Translations under genes and position numbers: made by a program
Shown here: piece by piece, positions 18,301 to 27,260 of the stretch
How the letters are laid out: each line of letters opens with the position of its first letter
Position numbering within the stretch: position 1 is the first letter of the stretch
Virus record (IMG/VR): IMGVR_UViG_3300020074_000024
Span: 1 to 55,094 of that record
Origin: a virus
Taxonomy: Duplodnaviria > Caudoviricetes
Length of the DNA: 55,094 nt
Reading direction: 5' to 3' (one strand)
The notes under the pieces: generated by a model
Told to the model about the DNA's origin: nothing
The model's database searches: none
What the model saw: the letters and a program-made list of their open reading frames with translations, nothing else

Positions 18301-21300
18301 GGCAAGTCCCACGTCCGCCGCGAAGGCCCCCACCACCTCCGAGAGGCGCAACACGGAAACATACGTGCGAATGCTGTCCAAGAAGTCAAAGGCGGAGGAA
18401 AGGGACGAAAACACCTGCCCCGCCGCTGTAGCAAACTCCACAGCCCCTTTGCTGACCTCAAGGCTTGCGGCTGCAAGAATATCTACTGCCTGCCAGGCAT
18501 CTTCTGCGAAAGCCGTCGCCTTTCCACTCAAGTCCGACACGGCCACATATTCTGCCAGCGCCTCCATGAACTTGAATCCAGCGTGAAGGCTGGAGAACAC
18601 CTTGCCAGCCGCGTCACTCCATTCCGCTGTGGCCCTGACCTGCTCAGCGCCAAGCGAGCTTTTCAGCCCAGCGACCAACATCTCCGTCGCCGTTCGGACG
18701 TCTGCCGTAAAGGACTCCATCTTGCTCGGCAAGTCCCGGACGGACGTGTACTCAGCTATGGAGCCGAGGAAGTCAAAGGCCCTGGTCAAGTTGCTCAGAA
18801 CGTCACCGGCGTGTTTCGCCCATTCGGACACGGCCTCCAGGAGGTCTGTGCCCAGGAATTGCGACGTGAGTCTCAGCCCAAAAACAAGACCCATGAGCGC
18901 AGCAGAGACGTCCGCTGTAAACGCTTCCATGCGATCTGCGATATTGGACACCCTGGAGTAGTCCGTCAGCTTCTCCAGGAAGGCGAACCCGCCCTGTAAA
19001 GCCGTGACGACCCGACCAGCCGTGACGAACCAATCAGCCGCCTCGTCCAGGGCCTCCTGACCAATAGACGTAGAGTCAATCCCCTGCATGAGGCCAGCCA
19101 TAATGCTCTCGACGTCCTGAGCAAAGGCGTGCGCCCTGGCCCTCATATCCTCTCGCGCGATATACAGAAACACGCCCTCCAGGAAACTGAAAGCCGAAGA
19201 CAGCGCGTTGAACATTGCCCCAGCGCCCTCGGCCCACAGGCGCGCAGTCTCCAGCCCGTCAGTGCCGAGGGAAACCCCGACATCGCGAAGCGCCTGGAAT
19301 ACCAGGCTCAGCGAGTCCGTCAGGGCATCAGCGTTGTCAACCAGGTCGGCGGCGGTCAACGAGAATACCGCCAGCTTCGATAAGAAGTCGAAGCTCCCCT
19401 GGAGAGAACCAATCATCCCGCCTACAGCAGTCGCCCAAGCGGTGTCAAACTCCATGTCCGCATAACGCTCTCCGAGTGACAAGAGCGCGTCCAGGATAAC
19501 GGAGATGTCCTGGCAAAAAGCCTCAGCCCTCTGAACGATGTCCGGCAGAGGCCGAAACTCAGCCAAAGAGGTCAAGAATGAAAATCCACGCGAGACGGAG
19601 TCGAGTATGGCCCCCGTGCTCTCCGCCCAATTCGCCGCCGTCATCACGTCGGCCTCTCTCCAAACCGAGAACAGGGCCCACAACGCCACAAGGACAGAGT
19701 GCAGGTCAGCAGCAAATCGCTCCGTGACCGCCACGGCATTAGAAAGGCCAGTATAGCCGGACAGAGCCGTTATAGCCACTACGGCCTTAGAAACGCTGTC
19801 CATGACCCGTCCGAGTCCCTGCGCCCAAACGACCATCATATCCCATTCGTAAATCTGCAAGTGCCTGCTGGCAACCCGTATCTGCTCACCGATGGCCGCC
19901 AGGTCGAGGATGAACTGTTGTGCCCCGCGCACCGCCTCGGCACTCACCTGCTGATACTCAGACAAGGCAGTCATCGTACCCAAGGAAGACCCCAGGTATT
20001 CGAATATCAGACCGAGCTTGCGGGTAACTGCCTCCAGTTGATTGAGGCGGCCAAGGGTGTCCACCAAGTCAAGCTCAGAGAAAACGGTCACAAACAACTC
20101 CACGTCGGAAGCCAGCTTGCGTATCTGCCGCCCAAGGTCGCCGGTGCGGTATCCGGCGATGGCCTGGAACATATCCAGCACGTCCTTAATCTGAGCTGCC
20201 ACCGTAGCCATGCGCTCCGAAGTCGTGAGCAGAGGAGCGGCGGTTGCGTGCGTGAAAGCGTCCTGCCAACGAGCAATAAAGTCGAGCATCAGTCGCATGG
20301 ACTGATTCATGTAAGTGAGTGCTGCCTCACCAGACGTGGCCCTGGCAAACGCAGACGGAACCTGCTGCAAGGCCGTCTCCAGAGAAGGGATAGCCCCACG
20401 TATGCCCTGGGCAATCCCAATGATAAAATCAGCCCCCATAGAAGTGTCCAGCGGCTGAGCCAACGGGCCGACCTTCGCAGGCGAGTGCGGGAACAGCTCG
20501 GATAGGGAAGCCAGCGCCGCTTGCACGCTGCCGATGCCAGCCGTTATGCCGCTGGCGATTGTTTTGACCCACGCCTCCGCCTCCGCATGGTAGCTCAGAC
20601 CGGCGATTTGCCCACGGTAAGTCACAGCAAGGTAGGCGTACAGAGACTCTAGCTGGGCCTGTATCCCCGCAATGCCCGTCTCAATTGTCCTGGCAACCTC
20701 AGATAAGGCTCCTTCTTCGTAGCCCTCCTGTTCCCTCTGCCCATAGGCAATTATCTGAAGCGAAACCGCCAGGGCGTCGAAGATGTCGCGCATGATTTTA
20801 CCGAGTGACTCAGCTAGCGGCAGGCACGCCTCCATTTGCGGCTTAATGTACTGCAACTGCTCCTTGAGTCCCAGCAGGGTTGGCTTAATGAAGCCCAAGA
20901 AGATATGGTTGACCCGGCTAGGATTAAGCGCCTGCCCCGCGCTGAGGACATCGTCAATTGCCCTGCTCAACTCAGCGATGGGCTGAATGGCCGCCTTGAA
21001 AGCGTCAAGGGATGGCCCAAACGTCTCCTTGAAGGCAATCATCTCCGCTTTGAATCCCTCACCCTGGTTGGTCAGCCATTCACCTACCTGATTCATCACC
21101 TTCATTGTGGCGTCGAAAATCCAGGCCACGGCATAGTTGACTTGTTCTGCTTTTTTGCTGGCCGCGTCCAGAATCGGCAGCATCAAATCAAACGCTGCCT
21201 TAAGGGGAGCCAGGGCCTCGGCCAGGCCCTTCAGCGTTCCCTCATGCCTGCGTAGCTTGCTTATTGCGTCGGTAACCGCTGAACTCGATGTGTCCAGGTA

Positions 21301-24300
21301 GGCAGAGACCTGATTCATCACCTCGACAACGCCGTCAAAGAACAAGCGGACGCTGCTCTGAACCGTAGCCACGTCAGTCGCCGCAGCATTCAGAACCCCA
21401 CTCATGGCAGAGATGGCGTCCTGGAGGGGCCGTAGCTTTGTCCCCAAGTCCTCCAAGAGCCGCGAGTGGACGTCCAGCCTGGTAAGTGAAGCAGATACGT
21501 TGCTGGAGTTCACGTCCAGGTAGCCAGTGATAGCCCCAATGAAGTCATCCAGCTTGCCGAAAAAGTCTTCCACGGCAAAGTGCCCGTCCTCAAGCTCGGC
21601 GCTCGCCGCCTGCAACAAACCGGCGCCAGCAGAGACCGCCCTACTGAGCAGGTCAAACCCCGCCGCCATGTCTAGCAATAAACTGGCGTGGCGGGCTATC
21701 CCAGCGATGACTGCCTGGACTTGTGACTGATATGTGGTCAGGAACGCCGTTATCCCTGTTACCAGCAAGGCAAGCCGAATGAAAAAGTTACTTGCGTCAA
21801 ACTGTGTTTCTTCGACCTCTTTGGCGCAAGCGTCGAAAAGCCTGCCCGCCAGGTCAAGAGCGTCCACCAATGGAGACAGAGACTCGGACATCTGAGCCAG
21901 TAACTCTCCGTGAACGGCAAGGCGAGCCGCTGCGTCAGCCAAAAGCCCCGCCCCCATGTCCAGAGTCGCAATAGCCGAGTTGAGCAGCGTCAGCAGGCGT
22001 AGCCCGAACAGGTCAAACGCCATGCTAATTTCAGGGACCTCCTTTGCCGCCAGCGCCATCAGGTCAGCAGCAGCAGAGAGGGCGTCCTTCAACGGGGATA
22101 GCGCCTCTGCCAGCTTCTTGAGCGCATCCTCGTGAACCGAGATGCCAGCAGTAACGTGGCCCAGCTCCGCGATGGATGTGTCAAGGAAGGCCAAGATGTT
22201 ATGAAGCGTTGCCAGCAGATTGCCTGAGAACTCATCCCAGTCCAGGCGCAACTTGCCAGCCCCCTCGCCAGCGAAGGAGACCAGGTCAGCCGCCAACCCC
22301 AGGAATTGCGGCAGAGGCCCCAACGCGCTGTACATCTCCTCCAGCTCCGCACGAAATACGGCCAGCCTGGCGGTGATTGTAGATAGCTCCCTCGACCCCT
22401 CCAGGTAAGTCGCTATGTCTGTGGTCATCAGAAGCAAGCGGTCGAGGGCTATGTCAATCTGCCCCCGCGAGTAGCTTGCCTGGTCAGCCAGCAACTTGGC
22501 AATGTCATCGCCGGCCCGCAAAACGGCGGACAATGCACCAAGCTCTTTTGCCCAGTCCTCAAAATAGACCGAGGCAAAGGAGATGCGCTGGGTAGTCGCG
22601 ATTACGTGAGCTGTGTTGCGAACGAACCACCAGAAAGCTTCGTTGGTGAGGTCAAGCAGTGAACTGAGGGCGTCAGACAGAGTGGTCTTTGCCGTTTCTG
22701 CCTCACTCGCGAGTATGCCCAGGGTATCCCTTGCGAGCGCCAGCAGAGCAACGACGGGGGAGAACGCAGCAATCCACCTCTCAAGTGTATCGGTAAAGTC
22801 AGCCTCGTACATAAAACACATGCGTAGCATCTGCGGCCAGTTAGCGGCAATCCAAGCGGCTCCTTCCTCGGTGATTCGCAGCAAAGCGCCGAGGAAGTTG
22901 GCGACGCTGGAGCGCGTGTCACTGGCCCGCTTGCTCAGCAATTCAAGTGTGTCCTGCGCCAGGCTGAGTAGCTTGGAGATGGGTTCGAGCGCGGTATTCC
23001 AGTCTTTCAGCAATTCAACCGTGTCCTTGTCGAAGGATTGAATCATCTCGGTCAGAGACGAACGGTTTGCGCGAAGCCACTCAAGGCTGCTGAGGGCTAT
23101 GTCTCTCAGGCGATTGAAAACGTCCCCGATGGCAACCCTGGCGCGCACAAGGCGAGTGCTAAGCCCCTCGGACATGCTGCGGGCGAGGTCAATCAGCGAC
23201 CCGATAGAACCCATGCCCTCGGCGAACTTTTCCAGGTTGACCCTCTGCCCCTTGAGGGCCTCAGTCACGTCGCCAAAACGCGCCGCGTTAACCTGGAGCC
23301 AATTCCGGGCCTCCACAGCATAGCGGAGTATCCCGTCCAGAGCTTGTGTAACCGAAAGGCGAGCAACCTCTGTGTCGGCGGCCAGTGTCTCACCGATGGA
23401 CTTGTTTACGCCAAGCAGGCCACTGATGGTCTGCATGACCCCGTTCCAGTCGTTCAAGATGGGCCCCATCTCCGTAGCCATCCAGTGAGTCCACTCACCA
23501 AGGCCCTGCTGGGCGGGGCTGGTCATCCACTGGCCCACCTGTTGCCCGATACGATACAGCTCATCCAACCATCTGCCAACAGTCGCCTCCGGCAGCGAGG
23601 GAAGCTCGGACGACAACGTCTCTAGAATATTCTGTATGGAGTTGAACAAGCTCTCCAGCGTTTGGGCAATGTCCAGAGTGACTTCTTCAGCCCTTCTCTC
23701 GGTCTGCCGTCCAACCTCAGACATGCCCTCCACAGAGATAGCCGCGATTTTGCCGTAGGCTCCTTGTATCATCGCCTCCTGGCGTGACCAGTCCACCTGC
23801 CCGACCTGCCCCGCCGCCATTGCCGCTGCCTCTGCCTCGGCCTTGTACGCCAGTATGATGCCCTCGATGGAAGATATCTGCGCTGAAGCGAACCCCGCCA
23901 CCCCGTCGGCTTTTGCGGAAGCAATGCGCAGAATAGCCAGGCTGGCATCGGCTTGCGCTGTGACCTCCGCGCCAAGAGCGTTTCGCAAGCCAGCCAGGAT
24001 GTTAGATGCTGTCTCCTGGCCAATCTCCTGCTCCATGACCGCTTCCATGACCCACAGAGCCATCTTCTGCCCAAACGCTTTGGTCGCCTCGTCCAGCTCG
24101 GCCTTGTATTTCGCCTGCTCTTGCATCAATGATAATTTGGCGTCTAACTCACGCAAGATTTGCTGCTTCTGGTATGAGGCGTCCAGAGAAGCGACCCGCT
24201 TCTCGTCGCCTGCCGCTAACGCCGCCTCGCGCTCGGCGTTATATTCCGCAAACGAGCGGATGGATGCCAGTTGCGCCGAGGATTGCTTGTCTGCCAGCGA

Positions 24301-25971
24301 CTTGTAGTGACGAGTCATGACGCTTTGTACCTGGCTCCAGCCGTCCGACCAGGCCGCAGAGAATTCCTTGGCAAAGGCAGCGGACACGGTAGAGACGGAC
24401 TCGGCAAGACCCTCGACAGAATGCGCTACCTCCCTGGTAATTGCCGTAACGTCCATCTGGTCATCGCCGAACTTGCGCGCTGCCGCCCCTGCCTGGCCGT
24501 ATTTCTCGGTCAGCCTTTCCACGCCCTTCTGAGCAATGTTCAGTTGAGACGTGTGGGAGAGATACTGCGCGCGGAGATTCTGGAACTCCTTAATCTGGTA
24601 GCTCTGGGTCAGGGTCATCTGTCCAGTGGCCTGAGCCGCCGCCTTCACCCGCTTCTCGTACTCCTCGAAGGAGGAAGATGTCTCAAGCGCCTGTTGGGAC
24701 ATTTCCTGGAAAGATGCCTTGTTGCGTGCGTCCACTTCTTGCAACTTCTTGAACCCGACGTACAAAAGCCCGATTGCGGCAACCAAGGCGGTCACAGCAA
24801 TGACTACCGGCCCAAGAGCAACGCCAAAGCCAATGAGCTTCGCGGCGACAGTCGCCAACTCCGCGCCGAGTTTGATTTTGCCGGTCACAAGCCCTGCGAT
24901 GGAGGTCTGATATTTCAGCATCGCCGCCATTAACCCAACCCAAACCAGCAGTAGCTTTTGCGCCCAGGGCTCCAGCCCCGTGAACGCCTCGATGATTTTG
25001 GACACGCCAAGAACCACCTTGGCAAAGGCCGGAACCAGCTTCGACACGGCCTCAGTGGCCACTTTTGCCAATATGGGCAAAATCACGTTCAGCGCCTTGC
25101 CGATGTTCTCAAGCGCCTTGGCAAGCGAGCCGCCCGTCTTGGCCTCGTCCAGCATGGCCTTGATGAACTGCGTCTTAATCTGAATCACAGACTCGTAGGC
25201 AGGGTACAGCTTGTTCCCGATAAGCTCCATCAGGTCTTCTTGCAAGCGCTCCAGGGAACGAGACTGCTTGCCAGCAGAAGACATGGCCGCCTCATATGTG
25301 CCGTAAATGCCTTTACCGGCATCCAGGACAGCGTTGACCATCGCCGCTACCCGTTCTTGTGAAGATAGCTCCTTGGTCGTCTTGTCAATGCTCTTGGCGT
25401 ATGTGTCCATAGCCTCAGAGGTCTGCACCATCAGGCCTTGTGTCCTCAGCACGCGGTTGTTCTGAGTGGTAATACCGTATATCAGGTCTTGCATCACCTC
25501 TGAGGAGTTACGCATGGTGAGTACCGCCGCGTCCTGAGCTACACGCGCCAGGTCCGTCGCCTTTGCCAGGTCAATCTCGTAACGCATTAGCTGGGAGACG
25601 GCGTCCTGGGCCCCTCTGTGTGTAATACCCATTTGTCGGATGCCGTTGACGTAGGAGTCCATTTGCTCGGAGGAGTAGCCAAAGCGACTGCCCAGGTTTT
25701 GCAGCACAAAGTCCATCTCCATGACCCTGGCAGAGACAGCAACGCTTTGCTGCAAGAACTGCACGCCGGACGACACGGCCCTTTGCACGCCCTCAGACAG
25801 TTTGCGGAATGCCTCTACCGCAAACCCTGTCTTGATAGCCATCTCGTTGGCACTGCCGCCAACGCGCCCCATCGCCTGGGCCATCTTGCTGTCTAGTTGT
25901 GACAGGGCCCTGTCAATATCGGATAAATCCGCTCCGAAGCTGACATAGGCCGAACCGACCTCAATGGGCAC
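15319..25971 (-). CDS. Tape measure protein (3550 aa)
   Basis: N-terminal EVGSAYVSFGAD, Ala/Leu/Gly-rich helical repeats, TM segments, C-terminal AGG...EKGPELVIP; follows the chaperone pair. Confidence 0.93.
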   Translation of the reverse strand: MPIEVGSAYVSFGADLSDIDRALSQLDSKMAQAMGRVGGSANEMAIKTGFAVEAFRKLSEGVQRAVSSGVQFLQQSVAVSARVMEMDFVLQNLGSRFGYSSEQMDSYVNGIRQMGITHRGAQDAVSQLMRYEIDLAKATDLARVAQDAAVLTMRNSSEVMQDLIYGITTQNNRVLRTQGLMVQTSEAMDTYAKSIDKTTKELSSQERVAAMVNAVLDAGKGIYGTYEAAMSSAGKQSRSLERLQEDLMELIGNKLYPAYESVIQIKTQFIKAMLDEAKTGGSLAKALENIGKALNVILPILAKVATEAVSKLVPAFAKVVLGVSKIIEAFTGLEPWAQKLLLVWVGLMAAMLKYQTSIAGLVTGKIKLGAELATVAAKLIGFGVALGPVVIAVTALVAAIGLLYVGFKKLQEVDARNKASFQEMSQQALETSSSFEEYEKRVKAAAQATGQMTLTQSYQIKEFQNLRAQYLSHTSQLNIAQKGVERLTEKYGQAGAAARKFGDDQMDVTAITREVAHSVEGLAESVSTVSAAFAKEFSAAWSDGWSQVQSVMTRHYKSLADKQSSAQLASIRSFAEYNAEREAALAAGDEKRVASLDASYQKQQILRELDAKLSLMQEQAKYKAELDEATKAFGQKMALWVMEAVMEQEIGQETASNILAGLRNALGAEVTAQADASLAILRIASAKADGVAGFASAQISSIEGIILAYKAEAEAAAMAAGQVGQVDWSRQEAMIQGAYGKIAAISVEGMSEVGRQTERRAEEVTLDIAQTLESLFNSIQNILETLSSELPSLPEATVGRWLDELYRIGQQVGQWMTSPAQQGLGEWTHWMATEMGPILNDWNGVMQTISGLLGVNKSIGETLAADTEVARLSVTQALDGILRYAVEARNWLQVNAARFGDVTEALKGQRVNLEKFAEGMGSIGSLIDLARSMSEGLSTRLVRARVAIGDVFNRLRDIALSSLEWLRANRSSLTEMIQSFDKDTVELLKDWNTALEPISKLLSLAQDTLELLSKRASDTRSSVANFLGALLRITEEGAAWIAANWPQMLRMCFMYEADFTDTLERWIAAFSPVVALLALARDTLGILASEAETAKTTLSDALSSLLDLTNEAFWWFVRNTAHVIATTQRISFASVYFEDWAKELGALSAVLRAGDDIAKLLADQASYSRGQIDIALDRLLLMTTDIATYLEGSRELSTITARLAVFRAELEEMYSALGPLPQFLGLAADLVSFAGEGAGKLRLDWDEFSGNLLATLHNILAFLDTSIAELGHVTAGISVHEDALKKLAEALSPLKDALSAAADLMALAAKEVPEISMAFDLFGLRLLTLLNSAIATLDMGAGLLADAAARLAVHGELLAQMSESLSPLVDALDLAGRLFDACAKEVEETQFDASNFFIRLALLVTGITAFLTTYQSQVQAVIAGIARHASLLLDMAAGFDLLSRAVSAGAGLLQAASAELEDGHFAVEDFFGKLDDFIGAITGYLDVNSSNVSASLTRLDVHSRLLEDLGTKLRPLQDAISAMSGVLNAAATDVATVQSSVRLFFDGVVEVMNQVSAYLDTSSSAVTDAISKLRRHEGTLKGLAEALAPLKAAFDLMLPILDAASKKAEQVNYAVAWIFDATMKVMNQVGEWLTNQGEGFKAEMIAFKETFGPSLDAFKAAIQPIAELSRAIDDVLSAGQALNPSRVNHIFLGFIKPTLLGLKEQLQYIKPQMEACLPLAESLGKIMRDIFDALAVSLQIIAYGQREQEGYEEGALSEVARTIETGIAGIQAQLESLYAYLAVTYRGQIAGLSYHAEAEAWVKTIASGITAGIGSVQAALASLSELFPHSPAKVGPLAQPLDTSMGADFIIGIAQGIRGAIPSLETALQQVPSAFARATSGEAALTYMNQSMRLMLDFIARWQDAFTHATAAPLLTTSERMATVAAQIKDVLDMFQAIAGYRTGDLGRQIRKLASDVELFVTVFSELDLVDTLGRLNQLEAVTRKLGLIFEYLGSSLGTMTALSEYQQVSAEAVRGAQQFILDLAAIGEQIRVASRHLQIYEWDMMVVWAQGLGRVMDSVSKAVVAITALSGYTGLSNAVAVTERFAADLHSVLVALWALFSVWREADVMTAANWAESTGAILDSVSRGFSFLTSLAEFRPLPDIVQRAEAFCQDISVILDALLSLGERYADMEFDTAWATAVGGMIGSLQGSFDFLSKLAVFSLTAADLVDNADALTDSLSLVFQALRDVGVSLGTDGLETARLWAEGAGAMFNALSSAFSFLEGVFLYIAREDMRARAHAFAQDVESIMAGLMQGIDSTSIGQEALDEAADWFVTAGRVVTALQGGFAFLEKLTDYSRVSNIADRMEAFTADVSAALMGLVFGLRLTSQFLGTDLLEAVSEWAKHAGDVLSNLTRAFDFLGSIAEYTSVRDLPSKMESFTADVRTATEMLVAGLKSSLGAEQVRATAEWSDAAGKVFSSLHAGFKFMEALAEYVAVSDLSGKATAFAEDAWQAVDILAAASLEVSKGAVEFATAAGQVFSSLSSAFDFLDSIRTYVSVLRLSEVVGAFAADVGLAYSVLRELGVRMASESDEIAAEWAGSAGAVFNGIQSAFSALSALSTYVTFDVAAKLGLFTSDVEVAFTALREVGLRLWSESDQTARNWAEGAGAIFSGMRSAFDFMASLSVYAGTSDRIGLLLRDVEATLPHIVALGLRLGSEGLAASREWAEGAGAIYSALSSAYSFMSSLATYVTPLDLSARIGAFTGDVLGTFPHLKALGELFGTAGLQEARGWAEGAGAIFNALSSVFRLMSGLAEYTTPVGLSAKIAAFTQDIATVYPSLKALGLSFGVDGLEVARGWAEGAGAIFSALGSVFNYMQALAGYTTPADLLARIGRFCEDVAATYPSLRDLGRRLGLEGMEVARGWAEGAGAIFNSLSSVFAYMRSLAEYVTPSNLLARIQAFTMDVAAIYPHLRALAASFGLDGIQAAREFAEGAGGIFGSLQSGFNFMRELGAYQGLTDAAIRVQTLIGDILAILPIVVDAGTRFGTEGLKAAGEWADGTGKLFSSLNASFSFLKGLAAFESVSGLADKATVFVGDVLSVLPVLVQAGKRFNMEGVEAARTWAEAIGSLMSALGSSFSFLANLGAYTKLANAQLQAQRFTEDTGTVLRVLVLGLRELQEWFEREGISVAEGFNETVTRVLSIATGSLRFLSDLSGKALHVNRHQIATFVSVMTKLLIELSGGLRTAMAAGLTPEVTEAFSGIEPAFGALGTVLNVVRGLVGQAMPDASQLDKLFTLVSYTMDKFIDLDISTEQVSRMSTLAPALESINRVLDSFLSFFDRFALGARHGNLPTQNTIRAVVDLIRWTVTSLMTGPTGLATLFEAHPEWVEVGGWLEGVTAALSSLMFGLQDALSVSVFPDALGEILGIMDAFVARLGAVSLFDIGASIVNSLAAGLLSGLGVLEGAIGAINGSLAGIVGPSLIPTEVPAMQAGGLATKKGLYLLAEKGPELVIPAGETRELLGQGVSTNVYITGPVSIRSDADIDELARQISERVGRGYRNASRYGVRTP
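16500..19800 (-). repeat. Approx. 66-aa (198-bp) degenerate repeats in the TMP
   Basis: ARGWAEGAGAIF..L.S.F.. recurs; the best copies are exactly 66 aa apart; boundaries approximate. Confidence 0.8.
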
Positions 25972-26278
25972 TACGTTTCCCCTTTGACAAGATAGCGTGG
26001 AACTGAGTCACGACACCCTGCCGTCTTGCCTCTAATTTTTCAGCTCTCTCGCCCCAGTAACCACGCGCCTGTTGCTGCATTGAGCGAACGAAGCCCTTGT
26101 CGCCAGCCATTGCCGCCGCAACCGCCGCATAAGTCCTGAGGCTCTCCTCGGCCTGCAAGCGGTGCATCATTTCGTGCAATAGTATAGTGTCAGCCGCGCC
26201 GTACTCAGCCAGGTCAAGCGGCCCGTAGAAGCGCAATAAGCGCGCCTCTAGTGCTATGCCTGGCTCGTCGCTTCCCCC
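25961..26278 (-). CDS. Tail assembly chaperone, -1 frameshift extension (gpGT-like C-terminal part)
   Basis: The -1 frame from the slippery site reads GSDEPGIALEARLLRFYGPLD..., open into track ORF 25961..26236. Confidence 0.75.
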   Translation of the reverse strand, partial: GGSDEPGIALEARLLRFYGPLDLAEYGAADTILLHEMMHRLQAEESLRTYAAVAAAMAGDKGFVRSMQQQARGYWGERAEKLEARRQGVVTQFHAILSKGKRSAH

Positions 26279-26643
26279 GACTCGACCTCAGACAAAAGGT
26301 CTTTGTGCGAGTCAGTTATGGCCTGAAGGATTTTGCCCCTCTGCAAGAAGGACATGGACAGCACGATGTCTTGGGTAAGTCCAGGCACAATCGTCACCAG
26401 CATGGAGGCGTCCAACTCGCTAATCTGCGCCTCGATTTTGGCAATCTCGCCATCGGCGTTTTCGTCACCAGCCGTCAACGCCTCCTCAAGCGATGTCTGT
26501 TTGCGCTCGAGCCTGTTGCGCCTACGCATGGCCTCCCGCCAGCGCAGCCAACTGCGGCCATCCAAGTCCTTGACCTCGTATGTCTTGCCCCCGAACTGAA
26601 AGGCGATGTTCGACTTGATTTCATCCAGATTGATTGTCTTCAC
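26254..26643 (-). CDS. Tail assembly chaperone (gpG-like)
   Basis: Between tail tube and TMP; AGGAGG RBS; slippery site near the 3' end. Confidence 0.8.
   Translation of the reverse strand: MKTINLDEIKSNIAFQFGGKTYEVKDLDGRSWLRWREAMRRRNRLERKQTSLEEALTAGDENADGEIAKIEAQISELDASMLVTIVPGLTQDIVLSMSFLQRGKILQAITDSHKDLLSEVESGEATSQA
26272..26278 (-). other. Programmed -1 frameshift slippery sequence G GGG GAA
   Basis: TCG GGG GAA, five sense codons before the TAG; canonical position. Confidence 0.75.
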
Positions 26644-26657
26644 CGTATCCTCCTGTT

Positions 26658-26675
26658 TCTAATCCCAAAATTAGG
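26658..26675. promoter_or_regulatory. Palindromic site TCTAAT-N6-ATTAGA (1 mismatch)
   Basis: TCTAAT CCCAAA ATTAGG abutting the chaperone RBS. Confidence 0.6.
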
Positions 26676-26678
26676 TTT

Positions 26679-26702
26679 CAGGGAGGGCCGAGGCCCTCCC
26701 TG
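26679..26702 (-). terminator. Strong hairpin after the tail tube gene (no U-tract)
   Basis: CAGGGAGGGC-ctcg-GCCCTCCCTG. Confidence 0.5.
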
Positions 26703-26709
26703 TCACGTC

Positions 26710-27258
26710 TCAGGCCGTTCGGTGCGTGATTACGTACGGCCTCATGTCCGGGTCAACGGGGTCATATGTCGCCTTGAACACCACAGCGAAGTGCATGTGC
26801 CCCTGGTCTTCCCATGTGACCTCAAGGTCGCCGTCGAAGATGGCTCGCTTGAGAGTGATAGTTGTATTGTGACCGTCGCACTGCTGGCCCTGGAAAACCA
26901 CGTCAACGTAGTTATCCACGCCAATGCAGCCGACAACGTCGGACGAGTCGTCGCTAGAACCCAGCACCTCGCTCGACGCGTTGCTGGAAACGCTGATGCC
27001 ACTGATGGCATAAGCAATTGCCAGTAGAGTCCACTCCACAACCTCACCAGCGAGGAATGCTTCCTCGCGGAGCCGGAACCGTGTCCCGGTAACTTCACCA
27101 GCGGCTCCAGCAAGCGTGGGAATGTGGTCGGTCTTGCGAACCGAAAATACGATATTCCCCTGGAGTGCGCCTACGCTTACCCCGTTCACCGTCAGCGTGC
27201 CCGTCCGAAAGAACAAGTTTTGGGGCGTCGCTGCGCGGATATTCGTCAGAACAGCCAC
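26710..27258 (-). CDS. Major tail tube protein
   Basis: GTG 27258 with GGGAGG RBS; beta-rich sequence; position before the chaperones. Confidence 0.75.
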   Translation of the reverse strand: MAVLTNIRAATPQNLFFRTGTLTVNGVSVGALQGNIVFSVRKTDHIPTLAGAAGEVTGTRFRLREEAFLAGEVVEWTLLAIAYAISGISVSSNASSEVLGSSDDSSDVVGCIGVDNYVDVVFQGQQCDGHNTTITLKRAIFDGDLEVTWEDQGHMHFAVVFKATYDPVDPDMRPYVITHRTA

Positions 27259-27260
27259 TT

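Noticed and set aside
17398-18999. 533-aa plus-strand ORF and the other long plus-strand ORFs throughout the window
   Set aside because: They lie opposite well-supported minus-strand genes, show no motifs, and long antisense ORFs are common at high GC
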